A DNA stretch of 64,000 nucleotides from an uncultured candidate division Zixibacteria bacterium. Lineage in GTDB: Bacteria > Zixibacteria > MSB-5A5 > GN15 > FEB-12. Each line of letters starts with the position of its first letter. The stretch's first letter is position 1. The notes beneath the pieces were generated by a model. It saw only the letters and a list, made by a program, of their open reading frames with translations, did no database searches and was not told the origin of the DNA. Position numbers and translations under genes: made by a program. The stretch covers positions 3,488,001 through 3,552,000 of the forward strand of contig OY760907.1 in assembly GCA_963664195.1 (NCBI GenBank). The letters run 5' to 3'. Below, in pieces: positions 11,874 to 22,349 of the stretch.

Positions 11874-11918
11874 ACCGTTCTGTTGTGCGGCTAATATTAC
11901 TTTGCGGCCGATCCACCG

Positions 11919-11947
11919 TTGACAAAGGGATCCGAATTCCGTATCAT
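11919..11947 (+). promoter_or_regulatory. sigma70-type promoter of the rpsU operon
   Basis: TTGACA-N17-TATCAT. Confidence 0.7.
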
Positions 11948-12028
11948 ATTTAGCTCTGGTATCTTGGATACCGGCTACAAGTATGTCCGAACTACGAACA
12001 ATTAAGCACCCGAAGGGGGTGAAGTTAA

Positions 12029-12226
12029 TTGACCGGTGTTAGAGTAAGGGATGACGAATCGTTTGAAAGAGCGTTGAGACGTTTCAATAAATTCTGTGAG
12101 AAGTCTGGTGTTCTCTCGGATTACAAGAAGCATCAGCACTACGAAAAACCGTCTGAGACCAAGAAACGGAAAATGGCCGCAGCCCGTCGTAAGTCACGCC
12201 GCAACAGGTTCTTAGACAAGCACTAG
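12029..12226 (+). CDS. rpsU: 30S ribosomal protein S21
   Basis: ESFERALRRF...YEKPS; TTG start with GGGGGTG RBS. Confidence 0.96.
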   Translation: MTGVRVRDDESFERALRRFNKFCEKSGVLSDYKKHQHYEKPSETKKRKMAAARRKSRRNRFLDKH

Positions 12227-12234
12227 ACGGTTAC

Positions 12235-12681
12235 ATGTCGATTATCGAACGAATTGACAAAGAGACTATTGAGGCCCTGAAGGCGGGCGAGAAAGCTCGA
12301 GTTACTGTCCTTCGGGGCCTTAAGTCTGATCTAAAATACAAACAGATCAATCTGGGCAAAGAACTCACCGAACAACAGGTGCAGGATGTCCTGACCAGCT
12401 GTGGGAAAAAACGACGCGAATCGATCGAACAATTCCGGTCCGCGGGACGCGAAGATCTTGCCGTCAAGGAAGAATTCGAGTTGACCGTGATTTCTGCCTA
12501 TTTGCCTGAACAGATGTCCGAGGATGAAGTGCGTGAGTTGGTTTCCGAGGCGATCAAGGAATCCGGGGCTGATTCTCCGCAGAAGATGGGGCTGGTCATG
12601 AAGGTCCTGATGCCCAAAGTCAAGGGCAGAGCCGACGGCAAACTGGTCAGCAAATTGGTCACAGAATTGCTTGCAAAGTGA
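12235..12681 (+). CDS. GatB/YqeY domain protein
   Basis: KKRRESIEQF, YLPEQMSE, MGLVMK, GRADGK motifs; follows rpsU. Confidence 0.93.
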   Translation: MSIIERIDKETIEALKAGEKARVTVLRGLKSDLKYKQINLGKELTEQQVQDVLTSCGKKRRESIEQFRSAGREDLAVKEEFELTVISAYLPEQMSEDEVRELVSEAIKESGADSPQKMGLVMKVLMPKVKGRADGKLVSKLVTELLAK

Positions 12682-12735
12682 TCTAAAAACTCTCTATCTT
12701 TTTACACCAAGCTAACCTATCGCAGGGAGTGCTGT

Positions 12736-13377
12736 ATGAACTGGGTAGACGGCGTACTTATCGCTTTGCTCCTGGCTTCTGTAATTGTTGGATCGAAAAA
12801 GGGCCTTGTTCGTGAGTTGATGGCTTTTGTCATCTTCTTTGCGGCGATCATCTTTTCCGTCAACTACATCGACAACTTCGCGGTCTACGTCTACGAAAAG
12901 CTGGGCGGTTCGCCGCTGGTATCCGCATTCCTTTCGTTTGCGATTCTCCTGGCAGCGTCGTATGCGGCATTCAAACTGCTGGGCCTGTTGTTCTACAAAA
13001 TAGCTGACGTTAAGAATGTCAAGAAACGCGACCAGATGGGCGGTGCCCTGGTAGGATTCCTTCGTGGCTGGACAGCCATCGGTTTCCTCACCTTCATCGT
13101 TTTCCTGTTGCCGTTGCCGGACGCGTTCTATGTTGACTTTGAGGATTCTTTTTTTGGCCCCACGGTTGCGAAAACGGTACCTCTGATGTATGAAAGCACC
13201 GCGCGTATACACCCTCACAATCCGAACTTCCTGAAGAAAATCGAAACCACACTCATCATGGAACCTTCAAAATCCAACGGCGGTCAGGGAATGATGTCTG
13301 AGGAGCGAAGCGAGGTGTATCGCGTAATGTACCAGATTGATCGTTTCTTCAATCTTGAACCTGAAGCGGAGAGCTAA
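12736..13377 (+). CDS. cvpA: CvpA (colicin V production) family membrane protein
   Basis: MNWVD start, GLVREL, DQMGGALVGFLRG; context upstream of mutS2. Confidence 0.85.
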   Translation: MNWVDGVLIALLLASVIVGSKKGLVRELMAFVIFFAAIIFSVNYIDNFAVYVYEKLGGSPLVSAFLSFAILLAASYAAFKLLGLLFYKIADVKNVKKRDQMGGALVGFLRGWTAIGFLTFIVFLLPLPDAFYVDFEDSFFGPTVAKTVPLMYESTARIHPHNPNFLKKIETTLIMEPSKSNGGQGMMSEERSEVYRVMYQIDRFFNLEPEAES

Positions 13378-13413
13378 ATCGGTTTTCATTTGAAATCGAT
13401 TCGCATATATTGG

Positions 13414-13441
13414 AACCGGCCTCAGGGCCGGTTTTTTATTT
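13414..13441 (+). terminator. Intrinsic terminator between cvpA and mutS2
   Basis: aaccggcc / ggccggtt stem + ttttattt. Confidence 0.7.
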
Positions 13442-13460
13442 GAGCGGAAATGACAGAACC

Positions 13461-15824
13461 ATGATAGACCAACACACATCTCAGACCCTGGAATTTAACA
13501 AGGTCATATCCGGCATACGGGAGTATTGCCTGACGCCGTACGGCCATCGAGAGGTTACTTCCTTCGTGCCGATGTTCAACAAGAAGGACATCGACGTACG
13601 GCAGGCCGAAATCTCCCAGATGAAAGACCTCATCAATTTCGGCAATGCCTTTCCCCTGTACCGTATGGACGACTGCCGCGACCTCCTTGAGAAGTCACGC
13701 ATTGAGGGCACTTTCCTGGCCCCGGATGAAATCCGTGCCGTGCTTGAGCTTGTCGAAATTTCCATTGCCATACACGGCTACGACAAAGAAGCCCGCGAAA
13801 ACTTCCCAGAGCTGACCGCATATCTCGTTCGGATGCGAGCCTTCCCCGAATTGAAAAAAGAAATCAATCGGGCAATCGACGAAGACGGATCCGTAAAGGA
13901 CCGCGCGTCATCTGCGCTGAAGCATATCCGCATGGATCTCGCCGACAGCAAGCGCAAAATCATCAGTCGGCTCGACAGCATCCTCTCCTCGTCCCAGAAG
14001 CAGCCGGGATGGCAGGACGACGTCATCACCCAGCGCAACGATCGGTACGTCATCCCCGTCCTCGCTGGACAATATAAAGCCGACCAGGGAATTCTCCACG
14101 ATCGCAGCCAGTCCGGCGCCACGCTATACGTAGAGCCCAAAGAGACGGTCGAGCTGAATAACAAAGTGAATATGCTGATGCAGGAGGAGCAGGCGGAAAT
14201 CGTCCGTATCCTCCGCGCACTCACAGCAGAGATAGCTCAGCGATGCGAACCGCTGCTTGAAAACACGGAAATCATCGGCAAACTGGACGCCTTCCATGCA
14301 GCCGCGGGATTCGCCAACGAAATCAAAGCCAACCGGCCGATTGTCGATTGCGACGCGCGCTTCGAACTGCAGGAAGCCCGCCATCCTCTGCTGATTCGCC
14401 AGTTCAAAGATATCGAGAAAGTCATTCCCCTGGACCTGAGTCTTGACAGCGACCATCAGGCCGTTCTCATCACCGGTCCCAACACGGGTGGCAAGACAAT
14501 CGCGCTGAAGACAGTCGGTCTCATGGTGCTCATGGCCCAGTGTGGACTGCCGATTCCGGCGAAGGAGACGTCGACCATCGGTATCTTCTCGCAGGTATAT
14601 GCCGACATCGGTGACGAACAGTCGATTGAACTATCACTGTCAACTTTTTCCTCGCACATCCGAAACATCACTCGCGCAGTGAGCAACGTTTCGGACACTG
14701 CTCTGATTCTGCTGGATGAAATCGGCGCCGGCACCGACCCGAAGGAAGGCGCTGCCCTGGCCGAATCCATCATCCTGTACATGGTTGAACAGGGCGCACG
14801 GCTGCTGTCCTCGACGCACTACTCGCAACTGAAGACGCTTGCGCTGGATCATCAGGAGATCGAAAACGCGTCGCTCGAATTCGACCGGGAGACCCTCGCC
14901 CCAACCTACCGGTTGCAAATGGGCATTCCGGGATCATCGTACGCAGTCGAGATAGCGGGACGGCTGGGCATGCCCAAATCGATCTGTGACCATGCGACCT
15001 CTTTGCTGGGTACCGGAGAGCGAACACTCGCGGACTTGATTTCATCGCTGGAAACGGAACTGGCACAGGTACGAGAAGACAAAGTCCGCCTATCCGAACG
15101 TCTGGCAAGAGCGGAAGCGCTCGAAGCTATCTACAAGGACAAAACCGACAAGCTGAAAGAAGAGATCGAGAATACTCGCACCGAGTCTCTCAAAGAGACC
15201 AACGAGCTTCTTGAAACGACGCGAAAAGAGACCGAGCGGCTCGTAGCAGAAATTCGCAAGTCTCAGGCTGATGGCAAGTCAGTCAAGACTATCCATCACT
15301 TCCTCAAGGACTCCCAGGAGAAAGTAAAAAGCGTTCGCCAGCGTGCTGACAAGAAAAGAGATATCCAGTCTGACCCTGCCAGCTTCCGGACAGGTGATTC
15401 TGTTCGTATCATCTCCCTCAACCACGAAGGCGAGATTGACGAAATCATCGGCGGCCAGCGTGCCCGCGTCCGAGTCGGGTCCGTGAGCACAGTTGTAGAA
15501 CTTCGCAATCTTGAGAAACTCCAGAAGCGGTCGGCCATGGCAAAGCGTGCGTCCGCCGGATCATTCCCTTCCACCGGCGAGATGAGCCCGGAGATTCACC
15601 TGCGCGGCATGACGGGTGACGAGGCGATGGAAGCCGTCGATCAGTTCATCGACCGGGCGGTCGTCGCCGGACTGCACCAGATATATGTCGTTCACGGCAA
15701 GGGCACCGGGGCGCTGCGTCGAGTGTTAAGCACCTTTCTCAAGGAACATCGTGAAGTCGACTCCCTGCGTCTCGGCAACTGGAACGAGGGCGGCGCAGGC
15801 GTAACAATCGTGAAACTGAAGTAA
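13461..15824 (+). CDS. mutS2: Endonuclease MutS2
   Basis: TLEF N-terminus, ITGPNTGGKT, DIGDEQSIE, DEIGAGTDP, Smr domain HGKGTG. Confidence 0.96.
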   Translation: MIDQHTSQTLEFNKVISGIREYCLTPYGHREVTSFVPMFNKKDIDVRQAEISQMKDLINFGNAFPLYRMDDCRDLLEKSRIEGTFLAPDEIRAVLELVEISIAIHGYDKEARENFPELTAYLVRMRAFPELKKEINRAIDEDGSVKDRASSALKHIRMDLADSKRKIISRLDSILSSSQKQPGWQDDVITQRNDRYVIPVLAGQYKADQGILHDRSQSGATLYVEPKETVELNNKVNMLMQEEQAEIVRILRALTAEIAQRCEPLLENTEIIGKLDAFHAAAGFANEIKANRPIVDCDARFELQEARHPLLIRQFKDIEKVIPLDLSLDSDHQAVLITGPNTGGKTIALKTVGLMVLMAQCGLPIPAKETSTIGIFSQVYADIGDEQSIELSLSTFSSHIRNITRAVSNVSDTALILLDEIGAGTDPKEGAALAESIILYMVEQGARLLSSTHYSQLKTLALDHQEIENASLEFDRETLAPTYRLQMGIPGSSYAVEIAGRLGMPKSICDHATSLLGTGERTLADLISSLETELAQVREDKVRLSERLARAEALEAIYKDKTDKLKEEIENTRTESLKETNELLETTRKETERLVAEIRKSQADGKSVKTIHHFLKDSQEKVKSVRQRADKKRDIQSDPASFRTGDSVRIISLNHEGEIDEIIGGQRARVRVGSVSTVVELRNLEKLQKRSAMAKRASAGSFPSTGEMSPEIHLRGMTGDEAMEAVDQFIDRAVVAGLHQIYVVHGKGTGALRRVLSTFLKEHREVDSLRLGNWNEGGAGVTIVKLK

Positions 15825-17554
15825 TGATACCGCAGGATGTCATAGAGCAGGTCCGTCAGGCGACCGACATCGCACAGATAGTCGGCGAATACGTGCGCCT
15901 GAAGCAGCGCGGCAAGAACTTCAAAGGCATCTGCCCTTTTCACGTCGAAAAAACACCTTCGTTTAACGTCAACACCGACAAACAGATTTTCCACTGCTTC
16001 GGATGCGGCAAAGGGGGCAACGTCTTCACGTTCCTCATGGAGCACGAGAAGATGTCGTTCGTCGACGCCGTCAAACATCTCGCCCGCAAAGCAAACATCG
16101 TCATCAAAGAGAGCGGATCCGACCAGAACCGGGAACGGTTTGAGCGACTCAACTATGCTCACACAGTCGCAGTTGACTATTTCCACAAACTGCTGTTCGA
16201 CAAGAGATACGATGTCGTTCTGACAGATTACTTGATGAACAAACGCGGCATCTCGCACGACACGATCGAAGAATTCCAACTCGGTTTCGCCGGTGAAGCG
16301 TGGGACGGCTTGCTAAACGAGGCTGCTCGCAAGGACATCAAGGGCGAAGAAATGGCCCGCGCCGGCCTCGCAGGCAAGTCTGAAAAAACCGGCAATTACT
16401 TCGACCGCTTCCGCTACCGCTTGATGATTCCGATTTACAACCTCAGCGGCAAACCGATTGCCTTTGGCGGACGGACGATGAAGAAGGGCGAACCGGCAAA
16501 GTATGTCAATTCGCCCGAGACGCCGCTCTACAGCAAGAGCAACGTCCTGTATGGACTGAACTTCTCACGCGATCACATCCGCGACTCAAAACAAGTGTAC
16601 GTTGTCGAGGGATATTTCGATGTCATCTCGCTCTGGCAGGTTGGCATCAAAAACGTCGTGGCCTCGTCCGGGACCGCCTTCACTGAGCAGCAGGCGCGAC
16701 TTCTGGCCCGATTCGCCGAGGAAGTCTATCTCTTTTTCGATGCCGACTCCGCCGGGCAGCAGGCCGCCTTACGGTCTGTCGATGCCTTGTTTGATGCGGG
16801 CCTTGAGGTGAAGGTCATTCAGGCCCCCGAGGGTGAAGACCCAGATTCACTGGCCCGCGAACACGGCGTGGCAATGATCGAGAATCTGCGGGACCATGCG
16901 CTCGGCTTCATCCCGTACCGTCTTCAGGATGCCTCGCCTCACACCTCCGGAATAATGGGACGGGAAAAACTTGTCAAAGAGCTGTCTGCGCTGGCAGCGA
17001 AAATCAGTGATCCAACCCGCCGCGCCCTCTTCATTCAGGAAGCCGCCGCCAGTCTCGACGTCAACCAGGCGCTAATCCGCGAAGCAGGACGCGGCCTCGT
17101 CCCAGCCGAAACGAAAGCCCCCTCCCTGACCAATTCGCTGGTGCGATGGGAACGCGATTTCATCTCGCTGCTGCTGAACAACCCACCGTCGATCCGGTAT
17201 GCGCTTGAGAATATTGCACCGGATGATTTTGACTCCAGGCGCATCTCGCGATTGTATAGCGCCATTATTCAACAGCACAGCATGGACGGCGAAGTACATG
17301 CCGGACGTCTCATGGAGAATTTCGATGACGAGGAAGCCGTCTCGCTCCTCAGCGAAGTAGCCACTATCGAATGGGATGAGGAAACGCTCGAGGAAGAGAC
17401 AATCCGACACACCAGGGACATTCTCCAGCGAAAAGAGAAACGCATTCGGAAACGATATCTTGATGCCCTCAAAGCCGCCGAAGCCGAAGGTGACCAGGAC
17501 CGGGCCGACGAAATCGTTCAGGAAATGAAACAGCACGGGTTGTACGATGCTTAA
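15824..17554 (+). CDS. dnaG: DNA primase
   Basis: CPFH...CFGC zinc finger, KYVNSPET, EGYFD, FDADSAG. Confidence 0.97.
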   Translation: MIPQDVIEQVRQATDIAQIVGEYVRLKQRGKNFKGICPFHVEKTPSFNVNTDKQIFHCFGCGKGGNVFTFLMEHEKMSFVDAVKHLARKANIVIKESGSDQNRERFERLNYAHTVAVDYFHKLLFDKRYDVVLTDYLMNKRGISHDTIEEFQLGFAGEAWDGLLNEAARKDIKGEEMARAGLAGKSEKTGNYFDRFRYRLMIPIYNLSGKPIAFGGRTMKKGEPAKYVNSPETPLYSKSNVLYGLNFSRDHIRDSKQVYVVEGYFDVISLWQVGIKNVVASSGTAFTEQQARLLARFAEEVYLFFDADSAGQQAALRSVDALFDAGLEVKVIQAPEGEDPDSLAREHGVAMIENLRDHALGFIPYRLQDASPHTSGIMGREKLVKELSALAAKISDPTRRALFIQEAAASLDVNQALIREAGRGLVPAETKAPSLTNSLVRWERDFISLLLNNPPSIRYALENIAPDDFDSRRISRLYSAIIQQHSMDGEVHAGRLMENFDDEEAVSLLSEVATIEWDEETLEEETIRHTRDILQRKEKRIRKRYLDALKAAEAEGDQDRADEIVQEMKQHGLYDA

Positions 17555-19202
17555 CCGTCTGAAGATATCGAACTTCGCGCTTGTCGAAGATGTCGAGCTG
17601 ACTCTCGGCAAGGGGATGACGGTCCTCACTGGCGAGACAGGTGCCGGCAAATCAGTAATTGTTACCGCGCTCGGACTGGTGCTTGGTGATCGAGCCGACC
17701 GCGAACACATCCGCCACGGTACAACGCTCGCCACGGTTGAGGCGACATTTACAGTCGACCGTATGGCCAGGACCTATCGCGACAGGTTTGAAGAGTTCCT
17801 CAGTAACAATGAATTCACCGTCACCCGTGAGCTTCGTAAGGACGGGTCGTCCAAGGTCCGCCTGAACGGCATGACGACGACGGTAGCCAAACTGAGGGAG
17901 CTGACCTCTCCCCTGGCTGAGATACTCGGACAACATGCCAACCAATTGCTACTGGACGAGTCAAACCATTTGTTATTCCTCGATAGGTTTGCGGCGCTTG
18001 ATTCGGACCGGGAGGAGATTGCAGAGTTGTACACTGCCTGGGAAAAAGCTCACAACCATCTCAAGAAGATCAAGGCACGCCGCGATCAACTCGCCAAAGA
18101 ACGTGAACTGCTTCTGTTCCAACAGAACGAAATCGACCAGGCGCAAATCCGTGTGGGCGAAGAAGAAGAACTCGTCGCCGAGCGACGGATTCTCGATTCG
18201 TCACGCACTCTCATCGAGTCATCGGCCCTGCTGCAGGAAATCCTTGACGGCGAGGGACACTCCGTCCTCGACAACCTGCGCGCCGCCCGCAAGGAGATCG
18301 ACAAGATAGCGGCTATCGACCCCGCCCTTCAGCCACAAGTCGAACAGGTCGCCGATCTGGACTTCAGACTCGAAGATCTCCGGGCATACTTCGAGCAGTA
18401 CGGCTCTTCGATTCCGGATGATCCGAAACGCCTCGAAGAAATCAATCTCAGGCTCGATGATATCTACAATCTCAAGCAGAAATACGGCGGCTCGGAAGAC
18501 TCCATCCTCAGGATGTTGGAAGACATTCAACAGAAACTGGTGGATCGACCCGATATCGACATCCAGATATCGACCCTTGAAAGAGACACCCGGGAGCGGC
18601 GCGAACACTATGCTGTGAAAGCACTCACGCTTTCGGAAGTCCGCAAGAAAGCGGCGAAGTATCTCCAGAAACTTACTGTGAAAGAGCTGAAGGACCTGGC
18701 TATCGACAAGGCCGGATTCGAGTGCGACTTCGTCTATGAGGATCGATCCGGCGGAGTTGAAATCGACGGCCGTACGGTAAAGCCGCACCCGCACGGCCTG
18801 GAAAACGTCTACTTCCGATTCTCCGCCAATCCGGGGGAGCCGCTAAAATCGCTGGTCAGAACGGCCTCCGGTGGTGAGATTTCCCGGGTCCTGCTGGCTC
18901 TGAAAGCCGCCGAAAAGAAAAACAACAACCTCGCCCAATCTCTGCTCGTATTCGACGAAGTCGATGCCGGCATAGGCGGCCAGACAGGGATCGAAGTAGG
19001 AAAGAAAATCAAGAAGCTGGCCGAATCGGCACAAGTACTCGTCATCACCCACCTTCACCAGATTGCCCGTCTCGCTGACCAACATCTGCTGGCCACCAAA
19101 ACGACTGCGAGAGGAAAGCGAATCACCATCGACGTGGCACAGCTCGACGCCGCCGGTGTCCAAGACGAACTCAATCGCATGGTTGCCCTACCCGAAGACT
19201 GA
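17547..19202 (+). CDS. recN: DNA repair protein RecN
   Basis: TGETGAGKS, ASGGEISR, FDEVDAGIGG, ITHL. Confidence 0.96.
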   Translation: MLNRLKISNFALVEDVELTLGKGMTVLTGETGAGKSVIVTALGLVLGDRADREHIRHGTTLATVEATFTVDRMARTYRDRFEEFLSNNEFTVTRELRKDGSSKVRLNGMTTTVAKLRELTSPLAEILGQHANQLLLDESNHLLFLDRFAALDSDREEIAELYTAWEKAHNHLKKIKARRDQLAKERELLLFQQNEIDQAQIRVGEEEELVAERRILDSSRTLIESSALLQEILDGEGHSVLDNLRAARKEIDKIAAIDPALQPQVEQVADLDFRLEDLRAYFEQYGSSIPDDPKRLEEINLRLDDIYNLKQKYGGSEDSILRMLEDIQQKLVDRPDIDIQISTLERDTRERREHYAVKALTLSEVRKKAAKYLQKLTVKELKDLAIDKAGFECDFVYEDRSGGVEIDGRTVKPHPHGLENVYFRFSANPGEPLKSLVRTASGGEISRVLLALKAAEKKNNNLAQSLLVFDEVDAGIGGQTGIEVGKKIKKLAESAQVLVITHLHQIARLADQHLLATKTTARGKRITIDVAQLDAAGVQDELNRMVALPED

Positions 19203-19324
19203 TCTGGCGCACTGCGTGCCATTTTTGAATTGACGCAGAATTCGCTTGAGTTCTCCGGCAACTTCCGCAATCTTGTACCGTAGCTTCTCAGATACACTAT
19301 CGGAGTCGGGATAAGGGGATACCA

Positions 19325-21751
19325 TTGGCAACGCTACGAATCGCCCGCACCGTAAGATTCTTCATCAGTTCCCTCGTATCTTCGCTCCTACTGGTCGTAC
19401 TTGTTTTCGGACAACAGAAGGACAAGCCACACACAGCCGCCCGGACCTCCGGGAGTATTTGTGGGACGGTAACGGCCGCCGGCTCACAGAAACCGCTTGC
19501 AGGCGCAAACATCCTTTTGACGAACAGGTTTGGAGGCACCTCCACCGACACATCGGGCACATTCCAGATCAAAAGGCTCTCCCCCGGAACCTACTCAGTG
19601 AAAATCAGTTTCGTCGGCTACGAATCGAAACAAGTCGATGAGATTTCGGTTGTCTCCGGTCAGCCTGCCACCGTTGATGTGATGTTGATTGAGAAACCGG
19701 CAACCCTGAAAGGCATCACGGTAACCCCCGGCCGCTTCACGATAATGGGCGAGGAAGCAACCACCAGCCAGACTCTCACCAGACGGGAGATCGAAACCCT
19801 TCCCCAGCTTGGCGATGATCTTTATCGCGCGGTGCAGCGCCTGCCCGGCATGGCATCCGATGATTTCTCCACTAAATTCAGGGTGAGGGGCGGCGAATAT
19901 GACGAAGTATTGGCGACTCTTGATGGCCTCCAGATCTACGAACCCTTCCACCTGAAAGACATCAAGGGGGGAGCAATGAGCATTGTCGACGTATCTTCGG
20001 TGGAAGGCATTGACTTGATGACCGGCGGGTTCACCGCCGAATACGGCGACCGGATGAGCGCGGTGTTCAACATACGTTCCAAACAGCCCGCACCAGATCA
20101 CAACAGGCTCTCCCTCAGCGCCAGTTTCCTGAACACACGCCTGACTTCAGAAGGCACCTTCAACGACAATAGAGGCTCGTGGCTGGCGTCGGTTCGTCGC
20201 GGATATATTGACCTCGTATTGAAAATTATGGGGGAAAGCGACCTGATACGTCCTACCTACTACGATCTGTTCGGCAAAGTACAATACAAACTGGGGTCCA
20301 GACATGTCTTCTCAACCAGCGTTCTCCATGCTGGCGACTACTTGAAGGTATTTGAAGATGAAGAAAACAGCGCGGATTCCATGGAAGCGTCCTGGAGCAA
20401 CAGCTACGCCTGGATGACCCTCCACTCAGAACTGCACCCGAGGCTACTTGCCCGAACGATCGCTTCGGCGGGAAAGGTAACCCACGACCGCTGGGGGCAG
20501 GGGCTCTGGGGAGACGCACGGTACCTCGACTCCCGGACCAACGACAAACAGAAGTTCACCGCACTGGGTTTCAAAAGTGACGTCGAATGGGAATTGTCAG
20601 ACGGTCAGCTATTCAAGCTGGGCGGCGAACTGCAATCGTTGGACGCCGAATACGATTACTTCAGCGAGATATGGGACTACAGCTCCCGCTGGACGCCGGA
20701 CAGTACTTATTACGTGGTGGAAGACATCGACTCAACCATCGTTAACATCAATCCATCCGGTGAGAAGTTCGGCGCCTATCTGTCAAGCCGCACACGTTTG
20801 GCAAAGCCGCTCACGGCAGAAGTCGGGGTGCGCTACGATCATTGCTCGTACACCGAAGATGACAACCTCTCCCCGCGCGTGAGCCTGGTCTGTAACTTTG
20901 GCGAACGAACCTCGCTCAAACTGGGATGGGGGCACTTCTATCAGACTCAGCGGATCGATGAAATCTCTGTCGGCGACGGGGACACGCAGTTCTATCCGGC
21001 GGAAAGGGCCGAACACAGAGTCCTGGGTTTTGAGCATGCTTTGGAGTCTGGGCTCCACTTCCGCGTCGAAGCCTACTACAAGAAGTACACCGACCTGCGT
21101 CCGGAATTCAGAAATACCCAGCTTCTGATGAGTCCCTTCCCGGAAGTCGAATACGACCGCGTGCTCGTGTATCGCAGCGAAGCGACCTCCAAAGGACTCG
21201 AACTGTACTTCAAGAAGATTTCCGACGGAAAGATTAATTGGTGGTTGAGTTACGCTTGCGCCAAAATAGTAGACGATGTGCACATGGTGCTGTTCGCGGA
21301 TGATATTCTTGGAGCAGCCATCAACCGCTACATGCTCAATCCGGCAGACCAGCGCCACACGCTGTATCTCGATGTCAGCTACACGCCGAATGCGAACTGG
21401 CAGTTCAATCTCGCGGCGCAAATGCACAGCGGTGCGCTCTATACCGACTTCTCCATCCGCACCGTTGTACTCAACAATCGTGTCTACTGGTATTGGCAGT
21501 CAGGTGAATTGTGGGGATCACAACACGAAACTTTCAGTCGAGTCGACCTTCGCATGAACAGGTATTTCAATGTATCAAGAGGACGTTTTGCCCTCTACGC
21601 CGAAGTGCTTAACGTGCTCAACAGGAAAAATGTCAGAGACTACGAGTACCAGGTACACCGCACTCCGACAGGTTACCAACTGATAGCCGAGCCGGAACAC
21701 TGGTTTGGCCTCATGCCCTCTCTGGGCGTGACATACACCTGCGACTTGTGA
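19325..21751 (+). CDS. TonB-dependent outer-membrane receptor with N-terminal carboxypeptidase-regulatory-like domain
   Basis: SFVGY domain, plug motifs (VRGG, GGFTAEYGDRMS), barrel ending RVDLR...NVLNRKN. Confidence 0.88.
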   Translation: MATLRIARTVRFFISSLVSSLLLVVLVFGQQKDKPHTAARTSGSICGTVTAAGSQKPLAGANILLTNRFGGTSTDTSGTFQIKRLSPGTYSVKISFVGYESKQVDEISVVSGQPATVDVMLIEKPATLKGITVTPGRFTIMGEEATTSQTLTRREIETLPQLGDDLYRAVQRLPGMASDDFSTKFRVRGGEYDEVLATLDGLQIYEPFHLKDIKGGAMSIVDVSSVEGIDLMTGGFTAEYGDRMSAVFNIRSKQPAPDHNRLSLSASFLNTRLTSEGTFNDNRGSWLASVRRGYIDLVLKIMGESDLIRPTYYDLFGKVQYKLGSRHVFSTSVLHAGDYLKVFEDEENSADSMEASWSNSYAWMTLHSELHPRLLARTIASAGKVTHDRWGQGLWGDARYLDSRTNDKQKFTALGFKSDVEWELSDGQLFKLGGELQSLDAEYDYFSEIWDYSSRWTPDSTYYVVEDIDSTIVNINPSGEKFGAYLSSRTRLAKPLTAEVGVRYDHCSYTEDDNLSPRVSLVCNFGERTSLKLGWGHFYQTQRIDEISVGDGDTQFYPAERAEHRVLGFEHALESGLHFRVEAYYKKYTDLRPEFRNTQLLMSPFPEVEYDRVLVYRSEATSKGLELYFKKISDGKINWWLSYACAKIVDDVHMVLFADDILGAAINRYMLNPADQRHTLYLDVSYTPNANWQFNLAAQMHSGALYTDFSIRTVVLNNRVYWYWQSGELWGSQHETFSRVDLRMNRYFNVSRGRFALYAEVLNVLNRKNVRDYEYQVHRTPTGYQLIAEPEHWFGLMPSLGVTYTCDL

Positions 21752-22061
21752 AGTGGCACAACCACGCACGGGGAAACTGAAAACCGACCACCACCACTCC
21801 GGTGTGAAATATGCTACCCCGTCTACACGAAACGTCAAATTCTTCGCCCGTTTCCGACAATTACCAAACACGCCTCTCCGCCATCGCGTACAAACGCTAC
21901 AGGGCAAGATGCACATTACTCGATACAGGTCTGACACCACGAATTCGTACCAGCGTTTTTTGTTTTTTTGACTCAGGTCGAAGGAACCCGTCTGAAACAG
22001 TGCTTTCCCACGCGAACCAGGGAAGCCCAAACCGTGAAGACTGTCAACGGGAGAGGTTCCA

Positions 22062-22331
22062 TTGTCTTACAACCACAATAGCTTTGGTCAGGAAGAGGGC
22101 CTCAGGGTTCGCTTTGAGGAACAGACCCTGCCGCACCTCGACACACTCCTTAGAGTGGCCCTTCACCTGGCTCCCGATGAACACGAGGCAGAACGCCTCG
22201 TAAGAGAATTGCTCGTACGGACGTACCGCCAGTGGTCGCAGACGGGCGTGGACGAATTGAATCGAGCTGGCCTTGTCCGGTCCATGGTCAATCGATTCTA
22301 CGACAATCACCTGTCTGTCGAACACGCATGA
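22062..22331 (+). pseudogene. Truncated ECF sigma factor (region 2 only)
   Basis: FEEQTLPHLDTLLRVALHL...EAERLVRE resembles the SigH/SigR-type N-terminus; ends at 89 aa without region 4. Confidence 0.55.
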
Positions 22332-22349
22332 TTCTCAACAGGAAGAGAA

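Noticed and set aside
21752..22061. ncRNA or small gene after the TonB receptor
   Set aside because: No convincing structure, repeat or coding signal seen
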